From a virus (taxonomy: Duplodnaviria; Caudoviricetes): a DNA stretch of 27,474 bases. Below, piece after piece: positions 17,705-26,800 of this stretch. The notes under the pieces are model-generated. The model made no database searches. It was given only the letters and a program-made list of their open reading frames with translations, and was not told the origin of the DNA. Within the stretch, counting starts at the first letter, position 1, and the number at the start of each line of letters is the position of its first letter. The position numbers and the translations under genes were made by a program. The stretch lies in the IMG/VR virus record IMGVR_UViG_3300017766_000946, positions 1 to 27,474 of that record, one strand, 5' to 3'.

Positions 17705-19366
17705 TTATATACTCCTATCTAAGATATTAATAATAGCGGGTGTTAATTCTGATACATCAGATACTACAATATGTTTCTTATAATACTTTTCTACACCTCT
17801 GTGTAATAAACCTATACCATATACATCTATGTTAGCAGATTCTATACTCTTTACTACCTCTCTAGTATACTGCCTGATATCACCTTTATCTGATCTACCT
17901 GCAGGATCACCGTCAGATATTACTAGTAACACTTTACGTTTTTCCTTACGCTGTTGCAACATAGCATATGCATAGGCCAATGCATCACCATCTGTATTCT
18001 CCCATAAACAAGCAGAGGCACGATCAAACCTAGATACTAAATCACTCTCAGATATACGCTCATTGAAGTCTGAGAATACCCATATCATAGGGTCATCTTC
18101 ACCAAGTGTATTAGTAAAACCTAATACAGTGTGTGCAATATTCAGAGGCTTTAATGCTGCTGAGAATGCACCTGCTGCGCTACATGCCATATTAAACTTC
18201 CTACCTGTCATGCTACCACTGCAATCTACCAACAAACAGACTGCTGTGTCAAGTGTTTCTGTAACCTTACGCTGTCGAAATATCCTATCAGCATCAGGTT
18301 TATCACCAAGCAACAAACGATGAAGGCTACCATTATGTAATTTACCTTTCTTTAATCCGTATTCGTAACGATCTCTGCTACGTGTCTGTAATTTGATACG
18401 CAACTTGTTAGCCATAGGTTTAGCGTTACTAGTAATGTAACTTTCTACCGTGTACTTATCTAATGACGTACCTGAGAAACCACTCACTGCCCTATGTAAT
18501 TCGGGAAATCTTAGGATGACATAGTCTTTAGGTAATGGTATCTCATATCTACCTGTCGCTGCTCTATCTGTAGGCATATGTGTACCATCACGTGTAGGCT
18601 CATGCTTATGACCTAATGCATCTAATAGCTCTTTAAAGTCGTCTAATTCCAAAGCAGTATCACTGCTACCATCAGCACTGCTGTCAGTAGTAACATCACT
18701 TTTCTCCTCTTGTTTAATGTCTTCTGGATTAGTGTCGAATACTTCTTTAAGTATCTTCACCGATAAATCGTACACCTGCTGTGCATCACCTGATTCACGT
18801 ATTACTAGTAACTCACTAGAATAATTGTATAGCTTATCTAATCGCTCTCTGCCTAGCTCATCAAGCAATTTCTCCATTGTCATACTGGTTTCAATAGATG
18901 AACCTATCCAATCTCTAAGGCTAGACTCCCATACAAACAATGGTAAGGCTAGTTTCTGCTGCTCTGATACCTTATCAGCACTGCCAATACGCTTAATTAT
19001 GTCTTGCGTATACAGTGTCCAGTAGGCATTACTAACTGCCCTATCGCCTAGATATTCTATATCATTACGATAGTCTACCCTATGGTCTTCAATAAGATTA
19101 TTGATTAGCATAAGTAAACCTTGTGGTTTCATCTTATTAAGAAAAACAAAATCACTCTCTGCAATATGGCTAGTCTCATGCTTAACATAGTAGCGAATAC
19201 GTGTTAGCCATTCTTCACTAGTCTTACTAGTAATCTTAGGCAACCACATAGTCTTGTTATCTGTACGTGGAGTAGACTCTGGTGCATCCCACACCACACG
19301 AATGTTGCCATTCTTAGCACATCCTGCTACATATGTCTCAAATTGAATTACATCAAGATAGTTCAT
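17705..19366 (-). CDS. CobT-like vWA-domain protein with N-terminal HExxH region
   Basis: HETSH...NLIEDHRVD at the N-terminus; MIDAS elements DCSGS, ENTDG and ISDG; GAGG RBS before the ATG at 19366. Confidence 0.85.
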   Translation of the reverse strand: MNYLDVIQFETYVAGCAKNGNIRVVWDAPESTPRTDNKTMWLPKITSKTSEEWLTRIRYYVKHETSHIAESDFVFLNKMKPQGLLMLINNLIEDHRVDYRNDIEYLGDRAVSNAYWTLYTQDIIKRIGSADKVSEQQKLALPLFVWESSLRDWIGSSIETSMTMEKLLDELGRERLDKLYNYSSELLVIRESGDAQQVYDLSVKILKEVFDTNPEDIKQEEKSDVTTDSSADGSSDTALELDDFKELLDALGHKHEPTRDGTHMPTDRAATGRYEIPLPKDYVILRFPELHRAVSGFSGTSLDKYTVESYITSNAKPMANKLRIKLQTRSRDRYEYGLKKGKLHNGSLHRLLLGDKPDADRIFRQRKVTETLDTAVCLLVDCSGSMTGRKFNMACSAAGAFSAALKPLNIAHTVLGFTNTLGEDDPMIWVFSDFNERISESDLVSRFDRASACLWENTDGDALAYAYAMLQQRKEKRKVLLVISDGDPAGRSDKGDIRQYTREVVKSIESANIDVYGIGLLHRGVEKYYKKHIVVSDVSELTPAIINILDRSI

Positions 19367-19377
19367 TTTAACCTCAA

Positions 19378-19566
19378 TTAGCACATTTTAGTGACATCTG
19401 GATACATATAGGTAATGAATACTTTATTGAATTCACTATCTAACCAATCCTCATGTTCTTGGTCGAACCCGTTTAATTTCTTAAACTCTGCCAATAATAG
19501 TTCCTCGAATTTTACCTTATCATCGTTACTAGTAAGCTCTATAATTCTATTCTTTAGTTTAGCCAT
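19378..19566 (-). CDS. Hypothetical early protein, 62 aa
   Basis: AGGTG RBS; tiles in the operon. Confidence 0.65.
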   Translation of the reverse strand: MAKLKNRIIELTSNDDKVKFEELLLAEFKKLNGFDQEHEDWLDSEFNKVFITYMYPDVTKMC

Positions 19567-19569
19567 ATA

Positions 19570-19668
19570 TCACCTATAAAGTATCTCTACAATTAAAACA
19601 CAGATATAAACCCATGCTGTGCCTGTAGCTACAATTAGTAGCAAGTCTAAGATTGTCTCTAGTCGCAT
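19570..19668 (-). CDS. Small putative membrane protein, 32 aa (MRLETILDLLLIVATGTAWVYICVLIVEILYR)
   Basis: Manual translation; fills the gap exactly; one hydrophobic helix. Confidence 0.55.
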   Translation of the reverse strand: MRLETILDLLLIVATGTAWVYICVLIVEILYR

Positions 19669-19859
19669 GATGACAGACCTTCGCACTCGTCCACCTGCTG
19701 ACACCACTCATCGGACACCACTGTTTTCATGTCGTTAAAATTTTCCTCCTCGAATAGTTCCCATGCTTGAGACTCTGCATCTGATTGATCCTCTGCTGTC
19801 ACAGTGTACACTACTATTCTATTCTCTTGTCTAGCCATAGTTACTTGATATGTTTTCAT
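19659..19859 (-). CDS. Acidic hypothetical early protein, 66 aa (MKTYQVTM...)
   Basis: GGAG RBS directly after the palindrome; ATG at 19859 preferred to the track's 19898. Confidence 0.7.
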   Translation of the reverse strand: MKTYQVTMARQENRIVVYTVTAEDQSDAESQAWELFEEENFNDMKTVVSDEWCQQVDECEGLSSCD

Positions 19860-19884
19860 TTTGATATCTCCGTTACTAGTAATG

Positions 19885-20022
19885 TTATTCAAAGTCACAT
19901 ATTACATCATAGAATTCACGCTCAGATTCAGGCACAATTATTACACATCCGTCCTCATCTCTAAGCTCATGCCCGAATTCATCCAGTGCAATACCATTAG
20001 GTTTAATAGATATTATTTCCAT
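19885..20022 (-). CDS. Acidic hypothetical early protein, 45 aa (MEIISIKPNGIALDEFGHEL...)
   Basis: Manual translation; GAGGAG RBS directly after the palindrome. Confidence 0.65.
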   Translation of the reverse strand: MEIISIKPNGIALDEFGHELRDEDGCVIIVPESEREFYDVICDFE

Positions 20023-20023
20023 T

Positions 20024-20167
20024 TTATTTCTCCTCGTTACTAGTAACACTAGGTTTATTTATTTCAAAAGAGTATACATCATCCGTGAAATTTAAGAATT
20101 CAATTAGTTCCTCTAATGAGTTTACTTGAATTGTTTGATCTGTTTCATAGTTATAAATTGATATCAT
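20024..20167 (-). CDS. Acidic hypothetical early protein, 47 aa (MISIYNYETDQTIQV...VTSNEEK)
   Basis: Manual translation; GAGGT RBS directly after the palindrome. Confidence 0.6.
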   Translation of the reverse strand: MISIYNYETDQTIQVNSLEELIEFLNFTDDVYSFEINKPSVTSNEEK

Positions 20168-20168
20168 T

Positions 20169-20450
20169 TTATCTTACCTCGTTACTAGTAACATGCTCAG
20201 ATATTACACCTAAATCACGTGATTGTGCATAGGATACACGCACATTTTTACCTGCTGCTGCCAATATATAATTCATATGATTGGCTGTCGTGCGAGTGTA
20301 CCATCCGCACCAATACAATGTGAAACCTGTGTCTGTTTTCTTGGCTATCACATGCCCATGCAATTTATATTCAGTGCCGTCAGTGTTACTGTTATGACAT
20401 GTCGCACTATTGCCATTAATGAAAGCTTTTGCCACCTTGAATATAGTCAT
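20169..20450 (-). CDS. Hypothetical early protein, 93 aa
   Basis: GGGAG RBS directly after the palindrome; ends VTSNEVR. Confidence 0.7.
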   Translation of the reverse strand: MTIFKVAKAFINGNSATCHNSNTDGTEYKLHGHVIAKKTDTGFTLYWCGWYTRTTANHMNYILAAAGKNVRVSYAQSRDLGVISEHVTSNEVR

Positions 20451-20596
20451 TTTAAATCTCTCCCGTTACTAGTAATAACATTAATCGGAAACTTCGCATT
20501 GATACTTTTAGGTTTATAGTAGTTCGCAAGTGCAGGTCTACCAGAGCCTAGCTTAATTGTAAAGTAAACACTGGATATTTTTACATTTTTCTGCAT
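20447..20596 (-). CDS. Basic hypothetical early protein, 49 aa (MQKNVKISSVYF...ITSNGRDLK)
   Basis: Manual translation; GGAG RBS; ATGA overlap with the next gene. Confidence 0.6.
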   Translation of the reverse strand: MQKNVKISSVYFTIKLGSGRPALANYYKPKSINAKFPINVITSNGRDLK

Positions 20597-20613
20597 GATA
20601 ATCTCCACTATGT

Positions 20614-20635
20614 GAGGCGGTTTTTACACCGCCCC
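20614..20635 (-). other. GC-rich intergenic hairpin
   Basis: GGGGCGGT-GTAAAA-ACCGCCTC after the 168-aa gene; no U-tract, so RNA processing or stabilisation is as plausible as termination. Confidence 0.5.
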
Positions 20636-20648
20636 GTTACTAGTAACA

Positions 20649-21155
20649 TTAGTCTGGCATTTGCTCGATCATAGCATGAGCCAAGCTTGCATATGCATCC
20701 GCTAATTGTTGCTGCTCTTCAGTAGTGAATACGTCTCTTGTTTCACTGTAGAATTTCTTGCTTGCTTGCTCGATAAGTCCAATCATTATCTGAAAATCAG
20801 TCTTGGTTGTATTCAATTCTGATTTTCCCTTAGGCATAGGCAAATCATTCTCAAACAAGATATTACCTGAATCGTCACGCTGCCATACATCAACCCCGTT
20901 TGTTATCGCTTTTGCTACAGTACATTTTGCACTGCGCAAACTATTCTTTTCTTCTTTGCTTAGTTCTTTTAGGTTTTCTAATTCCTCTACTACATTTTTG
21001 TGTACTTGCTCTAATTGTTCTACGTTTCTAATAGTCTGATCGTAACAAGTCGACCGTACATAATTTGCAAATACTCCCTCTCCCGCTTTTCTTGATACAT
21101 CTTTTGCATCTTTGCTTGTTTGTAAATTGTTACGTAAAATGTTAATGAATGACAT
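20649..21155 (-). CDS. Hypothetical early protein, 168 aa
   Basis: AGGGAG RBS; first large ORF downstream of the putative promoters; helical and charged. Confidence 0.8.
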   Translation of the reverse strand: MSFINILRNNLQTSKDAKDVSRKAGEGVFANYVRSTCYDQTIRNVEQLEQVHKNVVEELENLKELSKEEKNSLRSAKCTVAKAITNGVDVWQRDDSGNILFENDLPMPKGKSELNTTKTDFQIMIGLIEQASKKFYSETRDVFTTEEQQQLADAYASLAHAMIEQMPD

Positions 21156-21210
21156 GATATTTTGCTCCCTTTAGAGACTGATTAATAAAAATGTTTTGTT
21201 GCTGGCACTA

Positions 21211-21240
21211 CTTATAAACCTTGTTAAATCTGTTTGTCAA
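21211..21240 (-). promoter_or_regulatory. Putative sigma70-type early promoter
   Basis: TTGACA-N18-TATAAG with an upstream A-tract, about 55 nt before the ATG at 21155. Confidence 0.5.
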
Positions 21241-21332
21241 GTATTTTTTTCAGTTATTTTCACTATTAAATAAGCGAGTAGTATCGGTGAAAATGTACCT
21301 ATAAACCAGATTATTTTCATTGTTGCTGTCAT
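21237..21332 (-). CDS. Small putative membrane protein, 31 aa (MTATMKIIWFIGTFSPILLAYLIVKITEKNT)
   Basis: Manual translation; same AGGGAGCAAA RBS as the 168-aa gene. Confidence 0.5.
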   Translation of the reverse strand: MTATMKIIWFIGTFSPILLAYLIVKITEKNT

Positions 21333-21365
21333 TGTTTGCTCCCTTGTTTGTTTGTCGATGGATGC

Positions 21366-21394
21366 ATTAGACCAAAAATCAAAACAAAAGTCTA
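21366..21394 (-). promoter_or_regulatory. Putative sigma70-type early promoter
   Basis: TAGACT-N17-TCTAAT with AT-rich upstream sequence, ahead of the first early ORF. Confidence 0.5.
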
Positions 21395-21399
21395 TTTGT

Positions 21400-22095
21400 A
21401 TATTTAAAAGATGCCCTTAAAAATAGATTAACCCGTACCATAGCAAGTAATAAAAAATAAGGCATATATATATAGTCCGTATCCTAGTCTGTATTATTAA
21501 TAAATTGATAATAGCATTACTAGTAATATTCTCAGCTATATATAATATATAAATATATATACTATTGATTTATATATAATAAATAATATACTACTAAGTA
21601 ATTATATATACTATCCGGTAATATTATTACTATAAAGATTATAAGGTTACTTATTAGTATATATAGTAACTAACTAGTATATATTATTACTATATAGTAT
21701 ATATTATTACTGATTAGTATAAATGAGAATCATTCTCAGCTAGAAGTAAGTGCTTACTAACTTGTTTTTTTGATAAAAGTTAGTGAGTGCTCACTTTTCG
21801 ACTAGGGGGGTAGGGGGGTGCAGTTAGTAATGAACCGAAGCTTAAAACTATCTTATAAAAATTATGGTATCGGGGATATATTTATAAATATTTTATAAAA
21901 TGTGTATCTCCCACCCACCCACCACTACTGTTTAAAATCGTTTTAAGGGGGCTACAAGCGATTTATTTAGGCAGGTTGATAGGCAGATATACCTAACGGT
22001 AGAAAACGGCTCTAAAGGGCTTAAAATAGGTTGTGAGGTTTTTATTAACATGTTCTCTAACCCTGTCATAAACAACATGTTTAAAAAAGGATATT
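21400..22095. other. Non-coding divergent control region, probable joined genome termini
   Basis: Very AT-rich low-complexity block, palindromes and G/C runs between divergently transcribed arms. Confidence 0.55.
21724..21738. promoter_or_regulatory. Perfect 7-1-7 inverted repeat resembling a Fur box
   Basis: TGAGAAT-C-ATTCTCA versus the Fur consensus TGATAAT-N-ATTATCA. Confidence 0.4.
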
Positions 22096-23259
22096 ATGTC
22101 AAAGGTTGTTCTTACTAACATTACGAGCCGATATGGGTCTATTGACGCTCTCAATGACAACTTCGATGCTTTGGCTACAGCATTAGACAACACCTTGTCT
22201 AGGGACGGGGAAGGTCCTAATGAGGTGGAAGCTAACATTGACATGAATTCTAACAGAATTATCAATTTAGCTGATCCTGTTGATAACACTGATGCGGTAA
22301 CAAAACAATATGTAGATGGGGTTACAGCAGAGCTTAATGACCTGTCTGAAGAGATACAAACGGTGGCTGACAACATTGCAGCTATTGAAGCTGTGGCGGG
22401 GGCTGCGCCTTTCATTGAAGAGCACATTGACGAAATCATTGTTGTAGCAGATAACATTGAAGATGTAGTGGATGTTGCAGGAGAACTAGGAAACATTGAG
22501 CTTGTGGCATTAGAGCTTAATGGAGCATTCCAACAAGGGGTGATATACGATTTTGGCTACATTACGGAAGCCCCTGTCGGGGAAGTTGAAACTACAACCA
22601 GTAGCATTGTCACAGTTGGCGAGAACATCACAGATGTCACTTCAGTTTCTGACAACATAGGCGATGTAAACCTAGTTGCAGACAACATTACAGAAATAGA
22701 ACAAGTATTAGCAAATTTAACAGACATTCAGAATGCCGACACATATGCGGCTAATGCTTTAGCATCTTCTAATTTAGCCCAAGAATGGGCAACTAAACTT
22801 GTCAATCCTGTTTCAGGTAGCGACTACTCAGCTAAGTACAACGCCAACCTAGCAGCAGCTTCCGCTTCTGCAGCAAGTACATCAGCTAGTAATGCAAGCA
22901 CAAGCGCAGGTACAGCACAGGCTGCAGCAGACGCTGCATTAGCAGCTTTAGACAGCTTTGACGATAGATATTTAGGAGCTAAAGCTAGTGATCCTAGTGT
23001 AGATAATGATGGTAATGCTTTGTTATCTGGAGCAATATATTTTAATACTACCACAGGTATTATGCGTGTGTACACAGGTGCTTTATGGGTAGACATTGCA
23101 GGTAGTGGAACAAGCTTTTTAGCCAAGGCAGCTAATCTTTCTGATTTGCTTAGTGTCTCAACAGCAAGAACAAATTTAGGACTAGGTAGCTTGGCTACTA
23201 AATCAACTGTAGGTGTAGCTGAACTTGCAGCAACACTCGATTATGGGAGCATTGTATGA
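22096..23259 (+). CDS. Tail fibre-like structural protein, 387 aa
   Basis: IDMNSNRIINLADP...DAVTKQYVD motif, repeated VADNI units, Ala/Ser-rich stretch, FDDRYLG and ARTNLGLG; AAGGA RBS. Confidence 0.7.
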   Translation: MSKVVLTNITSRYGSIDALNDNFDALATALDNTLSRDGEGPNEVEANIDMNSNRIINLADPVDNTDAVTKQYVDGVTAELNDLSEEIQTVADNIAAIEAVAGAAPFIEEHIDEIIVVADNIEDVVDVAGELGNIELVALELNGAFQQGVIYDFGYITEAPVGEVETTTSSIVTVGENITDVTSVSDNIGDVNLVADNITEIEQVLANLTDIQNADTYAANALASSNLAQEWATKLVNPVSGSDYSAKYNANLAAASASAASTSASNASTSAGTAQAAADAALAALDSFDDRYLGAKASDPSVDNDGNALLSGAIYFNTTTGIMRVYTGALWVDIAGSGTSFLAKAANLSDLLSVSTARTNLGLGSLATKSTVGVAELAATLDYGSIV

Positions 23260-23852
23260 GTACAGCAGTACAGTTTCGTAGAGGCACGACAGTAGAGCAT
23301 TCCACCTTTACAGGTGCTGTAGGAGAAATCACTGTAGACACCACAAAAGACACAGCAGTGGTACATGATGGTGCTTTAGCAGGTGGTCATCCATTGCTTA
23401 AGGAAGCAGCTATAGGAGTTTCTGTACAAGGATTTGATGCTACTACTCTTAAAGAAGCAGCTATTGGCACTACAGTGCAAGCATACGATGCAGATACAGC
23501 TAAAACAGATGTAGTGCAAAGCTTTACAAAAGCACAGCGAGGAACGCCTGTAGCATTAACTAGTACAAGTGCATCCATTGCTACTGACTTGTCTTTAGCT
23601 AATAATTTTAGCCACACAACTACAGAAAATACTACATTAGCCAACCCAACAAATGTTGTTGCAGGGCAATCTGGCATTATCACCATCACTCAGGGAGCAA
23701 CTCCTCGCACTATGGCATTTGGTAGCTTTTGGAAATTCCCTGCAGGTACAGCCCCATCTCTTACAAGCACAGCTAGTGCTGTAGATATCTTGGCATATTA
23801 TGTAGAAAGCTCAGCACGCATTACAGCACGCTTAGTATCGGATACTAAATAA
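23256..23852 (+). CDS. Tail fibre-associated protein with Mtd-like N-terminal domain
   Basis: VQFRRGTT.EH..FTGA.GEITVDTTKDT.VVHDG...GG.PL N-terminus; Thr/Ser-rich beta-type C-terminus. Confidence 0.75.
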   Translation: MSTAVQFRRGTTVEHSTFTGAVGEITVDTTKDTAVVHDGALAGGHPLLKEAAIGVSVQGFDATTLKEAAIGTTVQAYDADTAKTDVVQSFTKAQRGTPVALTSTSASIATDLSLANNFSHTTTENTTLANPTNVVAGQSGIITITQGATPRTMAFGSFWKFPAGTAPSLTSTASAVDILAYYVESSARITARLVSDTK

Positions 23853-26800
23853 TGAGTGTGTTACAAAATAATCCATTTCTTATAGCTTCTGGTAATCCTA
23901 CTGATCCTACGTTTCCTTTGCAGCGTAGTATACGTCTGCGTTCAAGTGCTCCTGCTTATTTTAACCGCACACAAACAACCACCACAAATAGCGTCAAGTG
24001 TACATTTAGTGCTTGGGTCAAAAGAGGAACTTTGGGTGTTCTTCAGGTTATATTTGGTGGATATACTGGAACTGATGCAGATACACAACTATATTTTGAT
24101 ACTACTAACCAACTAAAATTTACGTCTCGAATAACTAATGTAAATGGATCTGCTTTTGAATGGGCTGGTGAATCTGCTGCACTATTTCGTGATCCTTCTG
24201 CTTGGTATCATATTGTTGTTTTAGTAGATACATCTACCGCAAAAACTACAAATAATGCGTACTATACAGTTTATGTAAATAATATAGTCCAAACATTTAC
24301 AACAGTATCAGGAGCAAGTTTAGTAAGTGCGACAACCGTTCAAAATAGAAATACTTGTTGGAATGTTTCAGGATATTTAAACACGCTTGGTAGGCACAGA
24401 GCTAACCATTTTGATGGATACCTAACAGAAGTAAACTTCGTTGACGGTCAAGCATTAACACCATTATCATTTGGTGGATACAATCCGGGAACTAATGTTT
24501 GGGAACCAAGAAAATATTCTGGTTCGTATGGAACTAACGGATTCTATTTAAACTTTCAAAATCCTGCAAGTACAGGTGCAGATAGTTCAGGCAATGGTAA
24601 TAATTTTACACCTAATAATATACAAACAAGTAACTCAGCACTAGTAACATACGACTCAATGTTAGATGTTCCTACATTAAGTAGTGGTAATAATGCTAAT
24701 TTTGCTACGTTAAATCCTCTTGATATAATAGGAACAGGTGGTAGCATTACAAGTGGTAATTTACAACTTACTGGTGGAACTGGTGCGTGGTATCAATCTC
24801 GTAGTGCCTTTGCTTTAACAACAGGAAAGTGGTATTGGGAAGTAACAATTGTTTCTACAAATGTTTCTACTAATGGTATAGATTTAGGAATTGCTAATTC
24901 TACTACTCAGTTAGCAGGATATGGGCAACCTAATAAATGGGTTTATAATAATAATAGTGGTGGTAGAAAATCTTTAAATGGAACGTCTAGCGCATATGGC
25001 ACAGCATTTTTAACTAATAATATAGTTGGTGTTGCATTTGATGCTGATTTAGGTACTTTAGAATTTTATGTAAATGGTTCTACACAAGGTGTAGCTGCTT
25101 CAACTGGTTTACCTAACCCTGCATTTCCAATAGTAGAATGTTATGGTACAGATAGTGTTGCTATAAATTTTGGTCAACGTCCATTCAGCTACACTCCTCC
25201 ATCAGGATACAAATCATTAAACACATTTAACTTACCAGAACCCACTATCCCACGTGGAGATAAGTATTTTGAACAATATTTGTATACAGGTAATGGTGGT
25301 GGTTTACAAGTTGGTGAAATACAAAAGCCAATGTCATTATTTAATTTAGATAGAAGTATTCGTATAAGAGCAGCACAAAATGCTTATTTTAGTAGACTTC
25401 CTACAACTAATGGTAATGGACAAAAGTTTACTATTAGTACATGGGTAAAACGAGGTAAACTTGGTACTGGTTGGACAGATACAATATTTACTGGTAGAAC
25501 AGGAACAAACTTTCCTGAACTAGATATTATATTTTCTAGTGACATAATTAAATTGCAAGCATATACAACTGGTGCTGCATTATTAATGAATGTAGATACT
25601 GTAAACACATATCGTAATCCTGCTATATGGTATCACATTGTTGCAGCATTTGATACTACACAGACAACTCCTGCCGATAGAGTAAAAGTATATGTTAATG
25701 GTGTAGCACAAACAATAGCAGCAGGTGTTACTTATCCTTCACAAAACTTAGTATTAACTGCTAATCAAACAGTAACCCAATATATTGGTTCTTCTCCTGC
25801 AAATACTGCTTGGGGAGATTTATATTTTGCTGACTACTATATGATTGATGGTCAACAACTTACTCCTACTAGTTTTGGTCAATTTGATGGCAATAACTAT
25901 TGGACTCCTAAAGCATATACAGGAACATATGGAACAAATGGTTTTCATTTGGAATTTGAAGACTTTAGTGGAACAACTGCTTCTACTATTGGTAAAGATA
26001 CTTCTGGTAATAGTAATAACTGGACTCCTAGCGGTATTAACTTAACTACTCCAGAAGCAGATAATGAGTATTGGGATTCATATACAGATGTACCTACTTT
26101 AAATGATGCTAACACAGCTAACTATTGCGTATTTGACCCGCTACAATTTGGTAGCAATGAATTACGAAATGGTAATTTAACGTATGTTTGGGGTGTTGCA
26201 TCTACTGCATATAAATATAGAGGTACAACAACATTAACTACAGGTAAATGGTATTTTGAAGGAAATATTGAAGCATTTACTATTGGTAATGCAGGTAATA
26301 CAAACTATGCGTTTGGTTTTATAGCTGATAGTGGTGTTGACACACACATATCATTTGGTTGGACTACCAATGGTACATCTATGAAACTAGGATATAGATA
26401 TGATGTAGCAGGTGTAATTGTTCAAAACGTAACATATAATACTACAGCACCAGTATCTACTGATATATTTGGCATTGAGTATGATGTAGATAATGGCACA
26501 GCTAATTTCTATAAGAACGGCACATTAATGGGTTCTGCAAGTGGTTTGGCTTTAGGAGCAGTTAAACCACAAGTATGGAGAACTGGCACATCTAACTCAG
26601 CGACAGTGCATGCCAACTTTGGACAAAGAGCATTTAAATATACACCGAGTACAGGCTACAAAAAGATTAATGCCTTCAACGTAGCAGAAGTAGTAGGTGA
26701 TGTAGAAACTCCTGATTTTGTATGGATTAAGTCTCGTAGTGCTGCTACAGGACACGCATTGTTTAACAGTGTCTCTGGTGTAGGCAAGTACCTAAGTTCT

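Larger units (their letters stand above)
3587..21526. repeat. Dispersed palindromic 10-mer TTACTAGTAA, 19 exact copies
   Basis: Copies start at 3587, 5406, 6591, 7381, 8597, 11589, 13385, 16904, 17920, 18426, 18802, 19224, 19526, 19873, 20037, 20182, 20466, 20637 and 21517 (manual count). Confidence 0.9.

Noticed and set aside
16666-19366. CobS/CobT as an auxiliary cobalamin biosynthesis pathway
   Set aside because: No CobN or other cob genes in the window; motifs support only a generic MoxR-vWA pair.
19859-20650. Repeated junction motif as a CRISPR array or integron attC sites
   Set aside because: The repeat is only 10-12 bp, intervals are 145-284 bp and protein-coding, and no integrase or attC-type structure is visible.
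3587-21526. TTACTAGTAA as a TrpR operator or a codon-bias by-product
   Set aside because: It lacks the tandem half-site arrangement of trp operators. It occurs in two reading frames and between genes, and I found none in the Thr/Ser/Asn-rich tail genes, where codon bias would favour it most.
21832-21856. GAACCG...TCTTA as an ECF promoter for the late arm
   Set aside because: The 13-nt spacer is shorter than typical for ECF promoters and I found no second instance.
23256-23852. Mtd-like N-terminus suggesting a diversity-generating retroelement
   Set aside because: No reverse transcriptase or template/variable repeat pair in the window; this domain is a generic fibre module.
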